A stretch of 40,475 nt of DNA, from positions 1 through 40,475 of the forward strand of contig JAZQBF010000237.1 in assembly GCA_045545615.1 (NCBI GenBank), in the 5' to 3' direction. The notes beneath the pieces were generated by a model, which was not told the DNA's origin, searched no databases, and worked only from the letters and a program-made list of their open reading frames with translations. Shown here in pieces: positions 25,980 to 36,282 of this stretch (position 1 is the first letter of the stretch; each line of letters opens with the position of its first letter). The position numbers and the translations under genes are program-made. The DNA comes from Faecousia sp. (GTDB lineage Bacteria > Bacillota > Clostridia > Oscillospirales > Oscillospiraceae).

Positions 25980-27077
25980 ATGAAGATACTGCTGGTGACC
26001 AACAAAGTGAAAACGTATGCATTGGGATTTCGCAATGTGATAGAAACGCTGACAGAACTGGGTCACCAGGTGGTCTGGGCGGCGGATTTCTCCGGGTTTG
26101 CCGGTGATTTATCAGAAATTCCGTGTAAGCAAAAACAAATCCCCATCCACAGCAACCCATTGAAACTGACAAATCTTCAAGCATTGAAGATGATCAAAGA
26201 CATTATCATCCGGGAAAATATCCAGGCGGTACACTGCAGTACACCCATCGGCGGTATGCTGGCAAGATTGGTAGCGAAACAGATGGGAGTCAAAAAGGTT
26301 ATTTACGCCGCCCACGGATTTTTGTTTTTTGAGGGTGCGCCTCTTCTGAACAGAACGGTTTACTACTGGCAGGAAAAATGGATGGCGCACTGGACAGATG
26401 TGCTGATCACCATTACCCGGGAAGATCTGCTGGCGGCGCAAAAGTTTAAATTGCGTAGCGGCAAAGCGCCCTGCTTAGTTCATGGCGCAGGCGTGGAAAC
26501 CGGTAAGCAGGTGACCGTAGATCGGGCGCAAAAGCGTATGGAACTGGGCGTTCCTGAGAACGCGTTTGTGCTGCTGTCTGCCGGATTTTTGAATAAAAAC
26601 AAAAATAACCGTGTGCTGATCGAAGCGATGGGTAAATTAAAAGACCCGTCTGTGTATTATCTGGTTTGCGGCGAAGGCGCAGAACGGACTAACCTGGAGA
26701 AATTGGCTGAAAAGTATGGCGTGCAAGACTGTGTTCGTTTCTTGGGCTATCGCACGGATTTCCCGGAGGTTATAGCTGCAGCGAATTTGTTCGTGATGCC
26801 CTCTTTCCGGGAAGGCGTGCCCAGAGCACTGTTGGAGGCTATGGACGCAGGTGTTCCCTGCATCGGTTCAGACACGCGAGGCATCCGGGAACTTCTACCC
26901 AAAGATGCGCTGTGCGATCCGAAAAATGCCGAGGATTTTGCCAACGCCATCCGGCGGGTAAAAACCGACAGCGAATGGGCTGCGGATATGTCCGGAAAAT
27001 ACCGGGAAACCGTAATGCTGTACAGCAAGGAAAAAGTTCGCAAGGAATTGCAGGAGATATACAGGGAAGCACTGTGA
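25980..27077 (+). CDS. Glycosyltransferase family 4
   Basis: HCSTPIGG, YAAHGF and PSFREGVPRALLEAM (EX7E motif). Confidence 0.92.
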   Translation: MKILLVTNKVKTYALGFRNVIETLTELGHQVVWAADFSGFAGDLSEIPCKQKQIPIHSNPLKLTNLQALKMIKDIIIRENIQAVHCSTPIGGMLARLVAKQMGVKKVIYAAHGFLFFEGAPLLNRTVYYWQEKWMAHWTDVLITITREDLLAAQKFKLRSGKAPCLVHGAGVETGKQVTVDRAQKRMELGVPENAFVLLSAGFLNKNKNNRVLIEAMGKLKDPSVYYLVCGEGAERTNLEKLAEKYGVQDCVRFLGYRTDFPEVIAAANLFVMPSFREGVPRALLEAMDAGVPCIGSDTRGIRELLPKDALCDPKNAEDFANAIRRVKTDSEWAADMSGKYRETVMLYSKEKVRKELQEIYREAL

Positions 27078-27091
27078 CGAAAGGAAAGTCT

Positions 27092-27949
27092 ATGGGGATC
27101 CGAAAACTGTTTTACAAAGCCTTCGTAGGCGGCTGCTGGTCAGTTGCCTATCGGGACATGCAGGAAAAAACCGCGTTTCAGGATGCCCGGAAAGGTCTTC
27201 CGGAAAACCAATGGGTAGCAGATCCGTTTTTATTCGAGTATCAAGGACAGCACTATCTGTTTTGTGAACAGTATGAAACAGAATTAAACAGAGCGGGTAT
27301 CGGCTATTATATTTTTGAAGATGGTGTCCCTGTGAACAAGGGAATTGTGATCCGTCGACCTTACCATATGAGTTATCCCTGTGTTTTTTCTTATAACGAC
27401 ACAGTCTATATGATCCCGGAGACATCGGCTAACAAAACTGTTGAACTATACCGGGCGGTGGAATTCCCCGATAAATGGGAATTGGATACGGTGTTGTTGC
27501 GGGATGTTTCCTATGTAGATTCTACGGTGTATGAAAACGAAAAAGGACGATTTCTTTTAAGTTACGAAAAGCAGGGAAAACAATGGTCGCTATCTTGCTT
27601 TGTCCTGAATATGGAAGAAAAAACACTGCAAAAATGCAGCGAGAAAATATATAAAACCAATGTGGGCAGACCGGCGGGCAATCTGTGGCGGCAAGCGGGA
27701 AAACTTTTCCGTCCGGCGCAGGATTGCGCAGAAAAATACGGTGAGGCGCTGTTGGTATATGAGATGGACGGCGCTACGCTGTCTGAAAACTTGGTAAAGA
27801 AGATCACAGCCCAGGAAACAGGGATGCCTGCCCAAAGGATCCACACCATCAACCGGGATAGCCGTTACGAAGTTGTGGACATTTTCCGGGAACGGTTCGA
27901 CCTGCTCCACGGCTGGAAGATATTCAAACGGGCAGTTCTCAAAAAGTAG
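27092..27949 (+). CDS. Beta-propeller protein (GH43/32/68-like fold; GINT1 N-terminal-like)
   Basis: Motifs ADPF, HMSYP, MIPET, VDST, RPAG and RPAQDC. SD AAAGGA supports ATG 27092; the track extension overlaps the upstream gene. Confidence 0.65.
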   Translation: MGIRKLFYKAFVGGCWSVAYRDMQEKTAFQDARKGLPENQWVADPFLFEYQGQHYLFCEQYETELNRAGIGYYIFEDGVPVNKGIVIRRPYHMSYPCVFSYNDTVYMIPETSANKTVELYRAVEFPDKWELDTVLLRDVSYVDSTVYENEKGRFLLSYEKQGKQWSLSCFVLNMEEKTLQKCSEKIYKTNVGRPAGNLWRQAGKLFRPAQDCAEKYGEALLVYEMDGATLSENLVKKITAQETGMPAQRIHTINRDSRYEVVDIFRERFDLLHGWKIFKRAVLKK

Positions 27950-27966
27950 AAAGTTAGGTTGTATTT

Positions 27967-29109
27967 ATGGCGAAAGTGCTGTTCATAATGAAATATCCCC
28001 TTGCGGACGCCTATTCGCTGAAGAATAAGTTCAACGGTCAGATGCGCGCAGCGGAAGCATTGGGCCATGAGGCGTATTTTGTGGGCTATGACCGGAAGTA
28101 CACATACCTGATCCGCAATGGGGAAAAAATACCGATCAAAAAAATATGGTTTGGTAATTGGAAGTATTACATCCATACCAAAGCATTTTTAGATTTGTTT
28201 GATTCTGTGCGCCGTGTAGTAAAGAAAGAAACCTTTGATGTTGTCTATTTGCGCCGGTGTCCGTTGTCTTATAATGGCTATCGGATGTGTTTGGATATTG
28301 TTCGCAGCGGAGCAAAGTTGGTGGAAGAGATCCCCACATATCCCGGTGGCGGCGAAAGACAGCAGGGCACTTTGCGGGAAATGTGCCTGGATTATTCCCG
28401 TAGCTGGTGGAGAAAGGTACACCCACATTTGAGCCTGTATACGCTTATTGGCGATAAAGAAGACAGTATCGATGAGATCCCGGCACTGAACATTGAAAAC
28501 GGCACAGATGTGGATCTGCTGCCTATGCGAAAACCGAATTTCGACCAAGAAAAGATCCACTTGCTGGCACTGGCGTCTATGAGTACATGGCAGGGCTACG
28601 ACAGGATAATTAACGGCATTGCGCAACTGGATCCTTCGGAAAGAGAGCAAGTGGTCTTGCACATGGTCGGCGGTGAAGGCAACGGCGGTCTTGCCCAATG
28701 GACAGCCCTAACCGAAGAACTGGGACTGGGTGACCAGGTTGTTTTCCACGGGGTAAAAACCGGTGCAGAATTGGATCCGATTTTCGACCGGGTGGATGTT
28801 GGTATTGGCACGCTTGGTTTATACAGAAAGAATTTTACATTCTCATCCATTCTAAAAATACGGGAATATTGCGCAAGAGGTTTACCTTTTATCTATGCAG
28901 GGGATGATCCTGCATTTTCCAGTGCATTACCCTTTTGTGTGCAAGTAACAAATGATGACACGTTGATTGATGTCCGTCAAGTAATTGACTTTGCACGAAA
29001 AATGCGAAGCATGCCTGAAATACCTGCACAAATGCGGCAGCACGCAAAAGAGAATATGACTTGGGAAACCCAAATCAAGAAGATCATGGATAAATTGCAA
29101 CAACATTAA
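27967..29109 (+). CDS. Glycosyltransferase, GT-B fold (GT4-like)
   Basis: WQGYDR, LHMVGG and SILKIREYCARGLPFI. Confidence 0.85.
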   Translation: MAKVLFIMKYPLADAYSLKNKFNGQMRAAEALGHEAYFVGYDRKYTYLIRNGEKIPIKKIWFGNWKYYIHTKAFLDLFDSVRRVVKKETFDVVYLRRCPLSYNGYRMCLDIVRSGAKLVEEIPTYPGGGERQQGTLREMCLDYSRSWWRKVHPHLSLYTLIGDKEDSIDEIPALNIENGTDVDLLPMRKPNFDQEKIHLLALASMSTWQGYDRIINGIAQLDPSEREQVVLHMVGGEGNGGLAQWTALTEELGLGDQVVFHGVKTGAELDPIFDRVDVGIGTLGLYRKNFTFSSILKIREYCARGLPFIYAGDDPAFSSALPFCVQVTNDDTLIDVRQVIDFARKMRSMPEIPAQMRQHAKENMTWETQIKKIMDKLQQH

Positions 29110-29141
29110 GAATGCAAAATAGAAGATAGGAGGAAGCGAAT

Positions 29142-29897
29142 ATGGAGCAAACTGGGTTAATTAGTATTATTATGGCGGCCTATAACGCAGAGAAAACCAT
29201 TGCTATGGCAATTCGCTCCGTCCTGGCCCAAACCTACACAAACTGGGAATTGATCGTTATAGACGATTGTGGAAATGATAATACAGTATCTATTGTCCGA
29301 GAATTTGAGGATCCTCGAATCCGGTTGATCCATAACCCTTGCAATAAGGGCGTTTCTTACACCCGCCAACACGGAGTGCAAGAGGCGAAGGGTGAATGGA
29401 TCGCTATATTGGACAGCGACGATGCCTGGGAACCGAAAAAATTGGAAAAGCAAGTGCGCTTGGCTGCAGAAAAAAATGCTAATTTGGTATTCACCGCATC
29501 AAAATTTATGAATTTTGAAGGACAGCCGATCCATTGGATCCTGCATGCCCCGGAAGAGATTGGTTACCGGCGGTTGTTGAAGCAGAATCTCGTGTCAAAT
29601 TCTTCAGTTCTGGTAAAAAAAGATCTATATCAACAACATTATGTAATGGGCGAATGTATGCATGAGGATTTTGCCTGTTGGCTGAACATTCTGCGCACCG
29701 GCGAGAAGGCTTATGGTATTGATGAGCCGTTGCTGATTTATAGGCTGTCCAGCACATCCAAATCCGGAAATAAACTTAAGGCAGCCAAAATGAACTGGAA
29801 TGCTTATCGCGCAGTGGGGCTGAATATAGTCCAAAGCGTTTATTATATGGCGTGGTACGCCGTCAAAAGTTTGCTGAAATACCGGCATCTGCGGTAA
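29142..29897 (+). CDS. Glycosyltransferase family 2 (TuaG-like)
   Basis: SIIMAAYNAE, IDDC, ILDSDD and HEDF. Confidence 0.93.
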   Translation: MEQTGLISIIMAAYNAEKTIAMAIRSVLAQTYTNWELIVIDDCGNDNTVSIVREFEDPRIRLIHNPCNKGVSYTRQHGVQEAKGEWIAILDSDDAWEPKKLEKQVRLAAEKNANLVFTASKFMNFEGQPIHWILHAPEEIGYRRLLKQNLVSNSSVLVKKDLYQQHYVMGECMHEDFACWLNILRTGEKAYGIDEPLLIYRLSSTSKSGNKLKAAKMNWNAYRAVGLNIVQSVYYMAWYAVKSLLKYRHLR

Positions 29898-29919
29898 TAC
29901 ACGAAGAAAGAGGAACGAT

Positions 29920-30831
29920 ATGATCGTTGTAAAACTGATTGGTGGATTGGGCAATCAAATGTATCAATATGCCTATGGTCTGCAACTGGCAGAAGAATAT
30001 GGCGAGCAAATCTGTTTTGATACTACTTTTTATCCAGAAGGAAAACCGCTGGCTCTGTACAATTTATCCATTCCCCAATATCCTCTGTGGGAAGAGACGG
30101 ATATTCCCCGGTCACAGCGGAACACAGTGAAGTTCCATCAAAAATGCTTCCATGTTCTGCAGAAACTGATCCGGGTAGTCGGCAAAACAGACCGTACCGG
30201 CGATAAACTGTTTTTCCCGTATGCAAAAAAGGGATTGCTCTTTAATTTCGATCCTTACTACTATGAGATTCCGCATTGTGCAGCAAAGAATAAATATATA
30301 TACGGTTATTTTCAGGGTGAAGCATATTTTGCCGGTGTAATTGATCGCCTGCGGGTGGAATTCAATGTCCGTCATGAATTGAGTGAAAAAGCCAAGGTCT
30401 ATGAAAAGCAGATTCAAGGCAGCAATTCTGTAGCATTTCATATTCGACTGGGTGATTATAAGAATGCAGCCAATGTGGATCTGGATGTTTGTTCTGTGAC
30501 ATACTATCGGCGGGCAATTGGATATATTTGCGACAATGTGAAAGACCCTACATTCTTTGTATTCACAAACGATGCTGCGCAGGCAGCAAAAATGCTGAAT
30601 TTTCCAGAGAATACCGTCTTCGTCCAAGGGACAAAAGATTATGAAGATTTTGGTTTGATGAAACAATGTAACCATTTTGTGTTATCAAACAGTACATTTT
30701 CCTGGTGGGCAGCCTATTTGGCTGAGAATGCCGGCAAGATCGTAACAGTACCGGAAAAATGGCGACATTCTGAGAAAGATGAGCCTGCAATCTATATGCC
30801 TTATATGACAAAACTCTCTATCGAGGATTGA
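29920..30831 (+). CDS. Alpha-1,2-fucosyltransferase, GT11
   Basis: GGLGNQMYQY, GYFQ, FHIRLGDY (HxRxxD) and SNSTFSWWAAYL. Confidence 0.92.
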   Translation: MIVVKLIGGLGNQMYQYAYGLQLAEEYGEQICFDTTFYPEGKPLALYNLSIPQYPLWEETDIPRSQRNTVKFHQKCFHVLQKLIRVVGKTDRTGDKLFFPYAKKGLLFNFDPYYYEIPHCAAKNKYIYGYFQGEAYFAGVIDRLRVEFNVRHELSEKAKVYEKQIQGSNSVAFHIRLGDYKNAANVDLDVCSVTYYRRAIGYICDNVKDPTFFVFTNDAAQAAKMLNFPENTVFVQGTKDYEDFGLMKQCNHFVLSNSTFSWWAAYLAENAGKIVTVPEKWRHSEKDEPAIYMPYMTKLSIED

Positions 30832-30868
30832 CAGTTTTCGGACGATTATTCTTTTAGGAGGCACAGAG

Positions 30869-33805
30869 ATGCTTTCAAATTTACCGTTATTTCTATCTCA
30901 ATCTTATAATGACACCTGGGACGATTATGTTCGCAGTTTGAACCGCCCCGGCTTTCCCGTGTGGGACTATGTGATCATCACCGCGTCCAACGAGCAACAG
31001 GCAATGTCTTTCCGGGCACAACTGGCTGCAAGAGAAACGGTTTTGCCGAAGAATACTCATTTTGCGGTGATTCCCGATGAGGGTGGCGTGCGTGTTGGTT
31101 CCGGTGGCGCGACTTTAAGCGTGCTCCGTTATATCCGCCAGCGGGCATCCTCTTTTGACGGTTTGCGGATCCTGGTGATCCACAGCGGTGGCGACAGTAA
31201 GCGTGTACCTCAGTACTCTGCCCTGGGCAAACTGTTTTCCCCGGTGCCCCGGGTGCTGCCTGACGGTAGACGGTCTACGCTGTTTGATGAGTTTATGGTA
31301 GGTATGTCCTCCATGCCCGGACGAATCCACAGCGGTATGCTGTTGCTGTCCGGCGATGTGATGCTGCTGTTTAACCCCTTGCAGATCGATTATTCCGGTA
31401 GGGGTGCTGCGGCGATCTCCTTCAAGGAACATGTAGAGACCGGTAAAAACCACGGCGTTTTTTTGGCGGGCGACGACGGAAATGTGATCCGTTTTTTACA
31501 TAAGCAAACTGTGGAAAATCTCCGCGCCTGCGGCGCAGTCAATGAGCGGGATTGCGTGGATATTGACACCGGCGCTGTTATCTTCAGTAGTGAAATGCTG
31601 GAATCTTTGTATGGGCTGATACCGGATGAGACTTCTTATCGCGCTTTTGTCAACAGTAATGTGCGCTTGTCCTTGTATGGCGATTTTCTGTATCCTCTGG
31701 CTGGGGATTCTACTTTGGAACAGTTTTATCAGGAAACACCGGAAGGCGGTTTTACTGAAGAACTCTACCAGGCACGGACACAGGTGTGGAATGCATTGCG
31801 GCCTTACTGTATAAAGGTTCTTCGTCCTGCGCCTGCAAAGTTTATCCATTTCGGCACAACGAAAGAAATTCTGGAACTGATGAATGGCGGAATTGAAGAC
31901 TACCGTGTTTTGGGTTGGACGAATCAAACTGCCAGCAGTGTCACCGGTGATACTGCGTGTTATAACAGCGTCCTTTCAGACCGCGCGAAAATCGGTAAAA
32001 ACTGCTATTTGGAAACATCTTATGTCCATTCCCGGGCAACGGTAGGGGACAATGTGCTGCTTTCCTATATTGATATTCACGATGAGACCGTTCCTTCCGA
32101 TGTTGTTTTGCATGGCTTGAAACAACGGGATGGTAAGTTCGTCTGCCGGATCTACGGCGTAAATGATGATCCGAAGAAGAATATGCTCTTTGGAAAACCT
32201 TTGGAAAATGAAATCCTATGGAATGATGCAGATCATTCTCTATGGAAAGCAAAACTCTATCCGGTGTGCAACAGTATTCCCGAGGCAATTGCGGCGGCAT
32301 TAAATGTCTATGAAATCTTTGCCAATAGTGGTGGAAATCTGCAGGCGTGGCAGACTGCTGAACGCAAATCCCTTTGGGAAGGCTTTAATGATGCAGACCC
32401 CGAAGCAATTATGCAGTGGGATGCCCGTATGGCGGAACTTGTCCAAATGGACGAGGTCGCCAAACTGATCCGCGCCGGCAAACCGGTCTCCCAAGGGAAA
32501 AATCTGTTGGGCGGAACAAAACAACTGACCAAGATCCAGCAACAGTGGCTGGATAGTCGGATCAAGGACGCCGACTTTGGCGAAAAGATCCGTCTTTACT
32601 ACTACATCGGCAAGATCCTGGGTGGCGCAGAAGGTGAATCCTACATAGGAAAATGCTTTGCGACGATCCAAAGCGCGATCTTAGAGAGCACGCATGAGCA
32701 GTTGCAGTATAACAGTACTTGTAAAATTATCTGCGACCGGCACACCGTTAAGTCACCGCTCCGTGTCAATTGGGGTGGCGGCTGGAGCGACACACCGCCT
32801 TACTGTATGGAAAACGGCGGTACCGTGTTGAATGCGGCGATTCTTCTAAACGGTGAGAAACCGGTGGAAGTGACCTTAGAACGGCTGAAAGAATATAAGA
32901 TCGTATTCGACAGCCGGGATATGGATGTTCACGGCGAGTTTACGGAAATCAAACCGCTGCAGCAGACCGGCGAACCCTACGATCCTTTTGCTTTGCAGAA
33001 AGCGGCGTTGGTCGCTTGCGGTATTATTCCTGCGGCAGGCGGAAATTTGGAGCAGATCCTGACCCGGCTGGGTGGCGGCTTCTGTATGCGCTCTGAGGTA
33101 ACCAATGTGCCGAAAGGCAGCGGCTTGGGTACAAGCAGCATTCTTTCTGCCACTTGCGTGAAAGCAATCTTTGAGTTTATGGGAATCGCCCATACCGAAG
33201 ATGATTTGTACAGCCATGTGCTGTGCATGGAACAGATCATGGCAACCGGTGGCGGTTGGCAAGATCAGGTAGGCGGCATTTCAAGTGGTATTAAATATAT
33301 CACCTCCAAAGCGGGGCTGTTCCAGCAACTGAAAGTTGATCATCTGCATCTGTCAGAACAGACAAAGCAGGAACTGAGCGATCGTTTTGCGTTGATCTAT
33401 ACCGGTCAGCGGCGCCTTGCCAGAAATCTTTTGCGGGATGTTGTTGGTCGCTATTTGGGCAATGAACCGGAAAGCCTCTATGCCCTGAATGAGATCCAGC
33501 GTGTTGCTGCATTGATGCGCTTTGAACTGGAGCGGGACAATGTGGACGAGTTTGCCAAACTGCTTGATTACCATTGGGAATTGAGTCAGAAAGTGGATGC
33601 CGGTTCTACCAACACGATCATTGACCAGATATTTATGTCTGTGGAAGATTTGATCGACGGCAAGATGATCTGTGGTGCCGGTGGCGGAGGCTTTTTGCAG
33701 GTAATTATGAAAAAAGGCATTACAGCAGAACAACTGCATCAAAGACTCAAAGAAGTTTTCCAGGACAATGATGTGGATGCTTGGCCTTGCCAATTGGTGC
33801 TATAG
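30869..33805 (+). CDS. fkp: Bifunctional L-fucokinase / GDP-L-fucose pyrophosphorylase
   Basis: N-terminal RVGSGGAT, HSGGDSKRVP and FIHFGTT; C-terminal GHMP kinase motifs RVNWGGGWSDTPPY, PKGSGLGTSS, TGGGWQDQ and GAGGGGF; 978 aa. Confidence 0.92.
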   Translation: MLSNLPLFLSQSYNDTWDDYVRSLNRPGFPVWDYVIITASNEQQAMSFRAQLAARETVLPKNTHFAVIPDEGGVRVGSGGATLSVLRYIRQRASSFDGLRILVIHSGGDSKRVPQYSALGKLFSPVPRVLPDGRRSTLFDEFMVGMSSMPGRIHSGMLLLSGDVMLLFNPLQIDYSGRGAAAISFKEHVETGKNHGVFLAGDDGNVIRFLHKQTVENLRACGAVNERDCVDIDTGAVIFSSEMLESLYGLIPDETSYRAFVNSNVRLSLYGDFLYPLAGDSTLEQFYQETPEGGFTEELYQARTQVWNALRPYCIKVLRPAPAKFIHFGTTKEILELMNGGIEDYRVLGWTNQTASSVTGDTACYNSVLSDRAKIGKNCYLETSYVHSRATVGDNVLLSYIDIHDETVPSDVVLHGLKQRDGKFVCRIYGVNDDPKKNMLFGKPLENEILWNDADHSLWKAKLYPVCNSIPEAIAAALNVYEIFANSGGNLQAWQTAERKSLWEGFNDADPEAIMQWDARMAELVQMDEVAKLIRAGKPVSQGKNLLGGTKQLTKIQQQWLDSRIKDADFGEKIRLYYYIGKILGGAEGESYIGKCFATIQSAILESTHEQLQYNSTCKIICDRHTVKSPLRVNWGGGWSDTPPYCMENGGTVLNAAILLNGEKPVEVTLERLKEYKIVFDSRDMDVHGEFTEIKPLQQTGEPYDPFALQKAALVACGIIPAAGGNLEQILTRLGGGFCMRSEVTNVPKGSGLGTSSILSATCVKAIFEFMGIAHTEDDLYSHVLCMEQIMATGGGWQDQVGGISSGIKYITSKAGLFQQLKVDHLHLSEQTKQELSDRFALIYTGQRRLARNLLRDVVGRYLGNEPESLYALNEIQRVAALMRFELERDNVDEFAKLLDYHWELSQKVDAGSTNTIIDQIFMSVEDLIDGKMICGAGGGGFLQVIMKKGITAEQLHQRLKEVFQDNDVDAWPCQLVL

Positions 33806-33808
33806 CAT

Positions 33809-33837
33809 TTGCTTTTTAAGATCAAATGCAGTATAAT
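33809..33837 (+). promoter_or_regulatory. Putative internal promoter in the polysaccharide locus
   Basis: TTGCTT-17 bp-TATAAT in the gap after fkp, overlapped by the inverted repeat GCATTTG...CAAATGC. Confidence 0.55.
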
Positions 33838-33878
33838 AAATCGGTTGCGATTATATGAGCGTAAAGAGGTGTTAATAG

Positions 33879-35003
33879 ATGGCAATCAAAGTGTGCCATA
33901 TGACCAGTTCGCACAATCCTAAGGATCAACGAATTTTTCACAAACAATGTGTATCTTTGGCGAAGGCCGGATACGATGTGTATTTGGTAGAGCGGGGAGA
34001 CAGTGAAGAATTTAACGGTGTTCATATTGTGGGAACAGGGGAAGAGAATCAGGATAGATTCTTCCGGCTTCTGAAGCGCCCGCAAAATGTCTATAAACTT
34101 GCGCTTGCGCTGGATGCAGATATTTACCAGATCCACGATATGGAACTTCTGCCCTTTGCGCTGAAACTGAAAAGAAAAGGAAAAAAAGTCATTTTCGATT
34201 CCCACGAGGACTTTGCAACGACTTTTGCTGACAGTGATGCGTTACCGTTGCCCAGACCCTTCAAGAAATTGCTGGGGGAATTATACAGTTGTTATGAACG
34301 TTATGTTTGCCGTAGAATAGATGCGGTAATTTCTGTAACACCCCATGTGTGCGAGCGATTTGCGAAAGTCAATCCCAATACCACGATGGTTACCAACTAT
34401 CCGCTTTTGAATTCCGGTGCGTGGCAGGAGGAAATGCCTTATCATCCGGAGTCGGAGTATGTGGGTTTTGCAGGCCAAATTACACAGTCGTATAATCTGC
34501 CCTTTATGGTTAGAGCAATGCAGGGTGTAGACGGTATTGAATTCCGTCTGTGCGGACGGTATCGCTCACAGGAGGAAGTGGATGACATCCTTGCACTGGA
34601 TAAAAAAGGGATCGTCAAATTCCTGGGCGTTTTGCCCTTTAATGAAGTACCGACATTTTTTAATCGGTCCAGAGCGGCAGTCCTTGTGCTGGACTATTTC
34701 GATAATGTAGGCGGAAAAAGAGGCTCTTTGGGAATCAATAAGATTTACGAGGCAATGCTATGCGGTGTGCCGGTGATTTGCACAGACTACACTTTGTGGC
34801 AGGAATTGATTGCAGAGCACAAGTGTGGTATTTGCGTCAACCCTCGGGATGAGAAGCAACTGTGCGACGCGGTGAACTATATCTTAACCCATCCTGCGGA
34901 AGCAGAACAGATGGGCAAGAACGGCCGTAAAGCCGTTTTGGAGCAGTACAACTGGAATACGCAAGAAAAAGAATTGTATGCGCTTTATGAGAAATTGAGT
35001 TAA
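33879..35003 (+). CDS. Glycosyltransferase family 4
   Basis: DQRIFHK, IFDSHED and NKIYEAMLCGVPVI. Confidence 0.9.
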   Translation: MAIKVCHMTSSHNPKDQRIFHKQCVSLAKAGYDVYLVERGDSEEFNGVHIVGTGEENQDRFFRLLKRPQNVYKLALALDADIYQIHDMELLPFALKLKRKGKKVIFDSHEDFATTFADSDALPLPRPFKKLLGELYSCYERYVCRRIDAVISVTPHVCERFAKVNPNTTMVTNYPLLNSGAWQEEMPYHPESEYVGFAGQITQSYNLPFMVRAMQGVDGIEFRLCGRYRSQEEVDDILALDKKGIVKFLGVLPFNEVPTFFNRSRAAVLVLDYFDNVGGKRGSLGINKIYEAMLCGVPVICTDYTLWQELIAEHKCGICVNPRDEKQLCDAVNYILTHPAEAEQMGKNGRKAVLEQYNWNTQEKELYALYEKLS

Positions 35004-35024
35004 AACAAAGAGGAGGTGTCGCCG

Positions 35025-36251
35025 TTGGCACGGCTGATTTATGTTTCCAACAATATCATTCTGGCTGATGGCAAACAGAATCCCTTCTTTTTGCAGGAAA
35101 AACAGTGGCTTTTGAATCGGTTTGGGTCATTTGATGTGATTTGTCCCAAAGGTATCTACCGCTGTGAAGGCGAAGGAGATTTGACCCCGGTACAAAAAGG
35201 GAAAAAATCAGATGTTGTGAAAGCACTATTTGTTGGTGCGCTGGATACGGAAGCGTGGAAAGAACTGCTACGGATGATCAGGGATAAGGCAGTTTCCCCT
35301 AAAAATGTTCTGAAACTTTTTCGCTTTTCTGTAAGCGCAGCCCGTATGACCGGATATTTAAAAAAGTCCTTAAAGCGGGGCAATCCGGAAGAAACAGTGC
35401 TGTATTCCTACTGGCTGAGTTTTGATGCAGCGGCTGTGGCAAAAATGAAACGGAAGTATCCGCAGGTCTATGCCCTTGCCCGCGCCCATGCCTACGAGAT
35501 CCAGTTAGAGCGGAATGCCTGCAATCCCTACTTAATGAAGAATTTAATCTGCAAGAACCTTGACAAGGTGGTATTTATTTCGCAAAATGCCAAAGAAGGT
35601 TTTTGCAGTTACTATCAAGAACCTTTCCCCAATGCCAGCGTAGCCTACTTGGGCTCTGATCGGGAAAATTCCGGATTTGTAGCAAGAGGGAAAAAGGAAA
35701 CATTGACTGTGCTGACCTGTTCATCGATCCTACCGGTAAAACGGCTGGATCGGATGATCAGCGCATTGGAAAAATGGCAGGAATGCCCGATCCGCTGGAT
35801 CCATATCGGCGATGGACCTGACGGAGAAATGATCCAAGCGATGGCAGAAGAAAAACTGACTGAAAATCCGTTAGTCAGTTATGAATTTTTAGGTTATATG
35901 GAAAACCGCCAGGTGCATCAGTTTTTGGCAGACAGCAGCATTGATGTGTTTGTCAACTGTTCCAGAACGGAAGGTGTGCCGGTATCCATTATGGAAGCCA
36001 TGAGTGTTGGCCTTCCGGTGATCGCGCCAAGGATGTTTGGCATACCGGAACTGGTGCACGATGGTTGCGGCTTGCTTTTTGAGCAGTCTGAAGATGAAAA
36101 GAATCTGTTGGAAGCAATGAAGACCTTTGCCATTATGTGCAAAGAGGAAAGAGAAAAAATGGGAAAAACTGCTTATATGCAGTGGCAAGAACATTTTTGC
36201 CTGCAAAGCAATATGCAGATGTTGTTTGATCCAGTACAGAATGACGCGTAA
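35025..36251 (+). CDS. Glycosyltransferase family 4
   Basis: RAHAYEI, VKRLD and SRTEGVPVSIMEAMS. SD AGGAGGTG (35011-35018) favours TTG 35025 over GTG 35016. Confidence 0.88.
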   Translation: MARLIYVSNNIILADGKQNPFFLQEKQWLLNRFGSFDVICPKGIYRCEGEGDLTPVQKGKKSDVVKALFVGALDTEAWKELLRMIRDKAVSPKNVLKLFRFSVSAARMTGYLKKSLKRGNPEETVLYSYWLSFDAAAVAKMKRKYPQVYALARAHAYEIQLERNACNPYLMKNLICKNLDKVVFISQNAKEGFCSYYQEPFPNASVAYLGSDRENSGFVARGKKETLTVLTCSSILPVKRLDRMISALEKWQECPIRWIHIGDGPDGEMIQAMAEEKLTENPLVSYEFLGYMENRQVHQFLADSSIDVFVNCSRTEGVPVSIMEAMSVGLPVIAPRMFGIPELVHDGCGLLFEQSEDEKNLLEAMKTFAIMCKEEREKMGKTAYMQWQEHFCLQSNMQMLFDPVQNDA

Positions 36252-36282
36252 ACCTGTTTTCCCAAAGTAAGGAGCGATGTAA

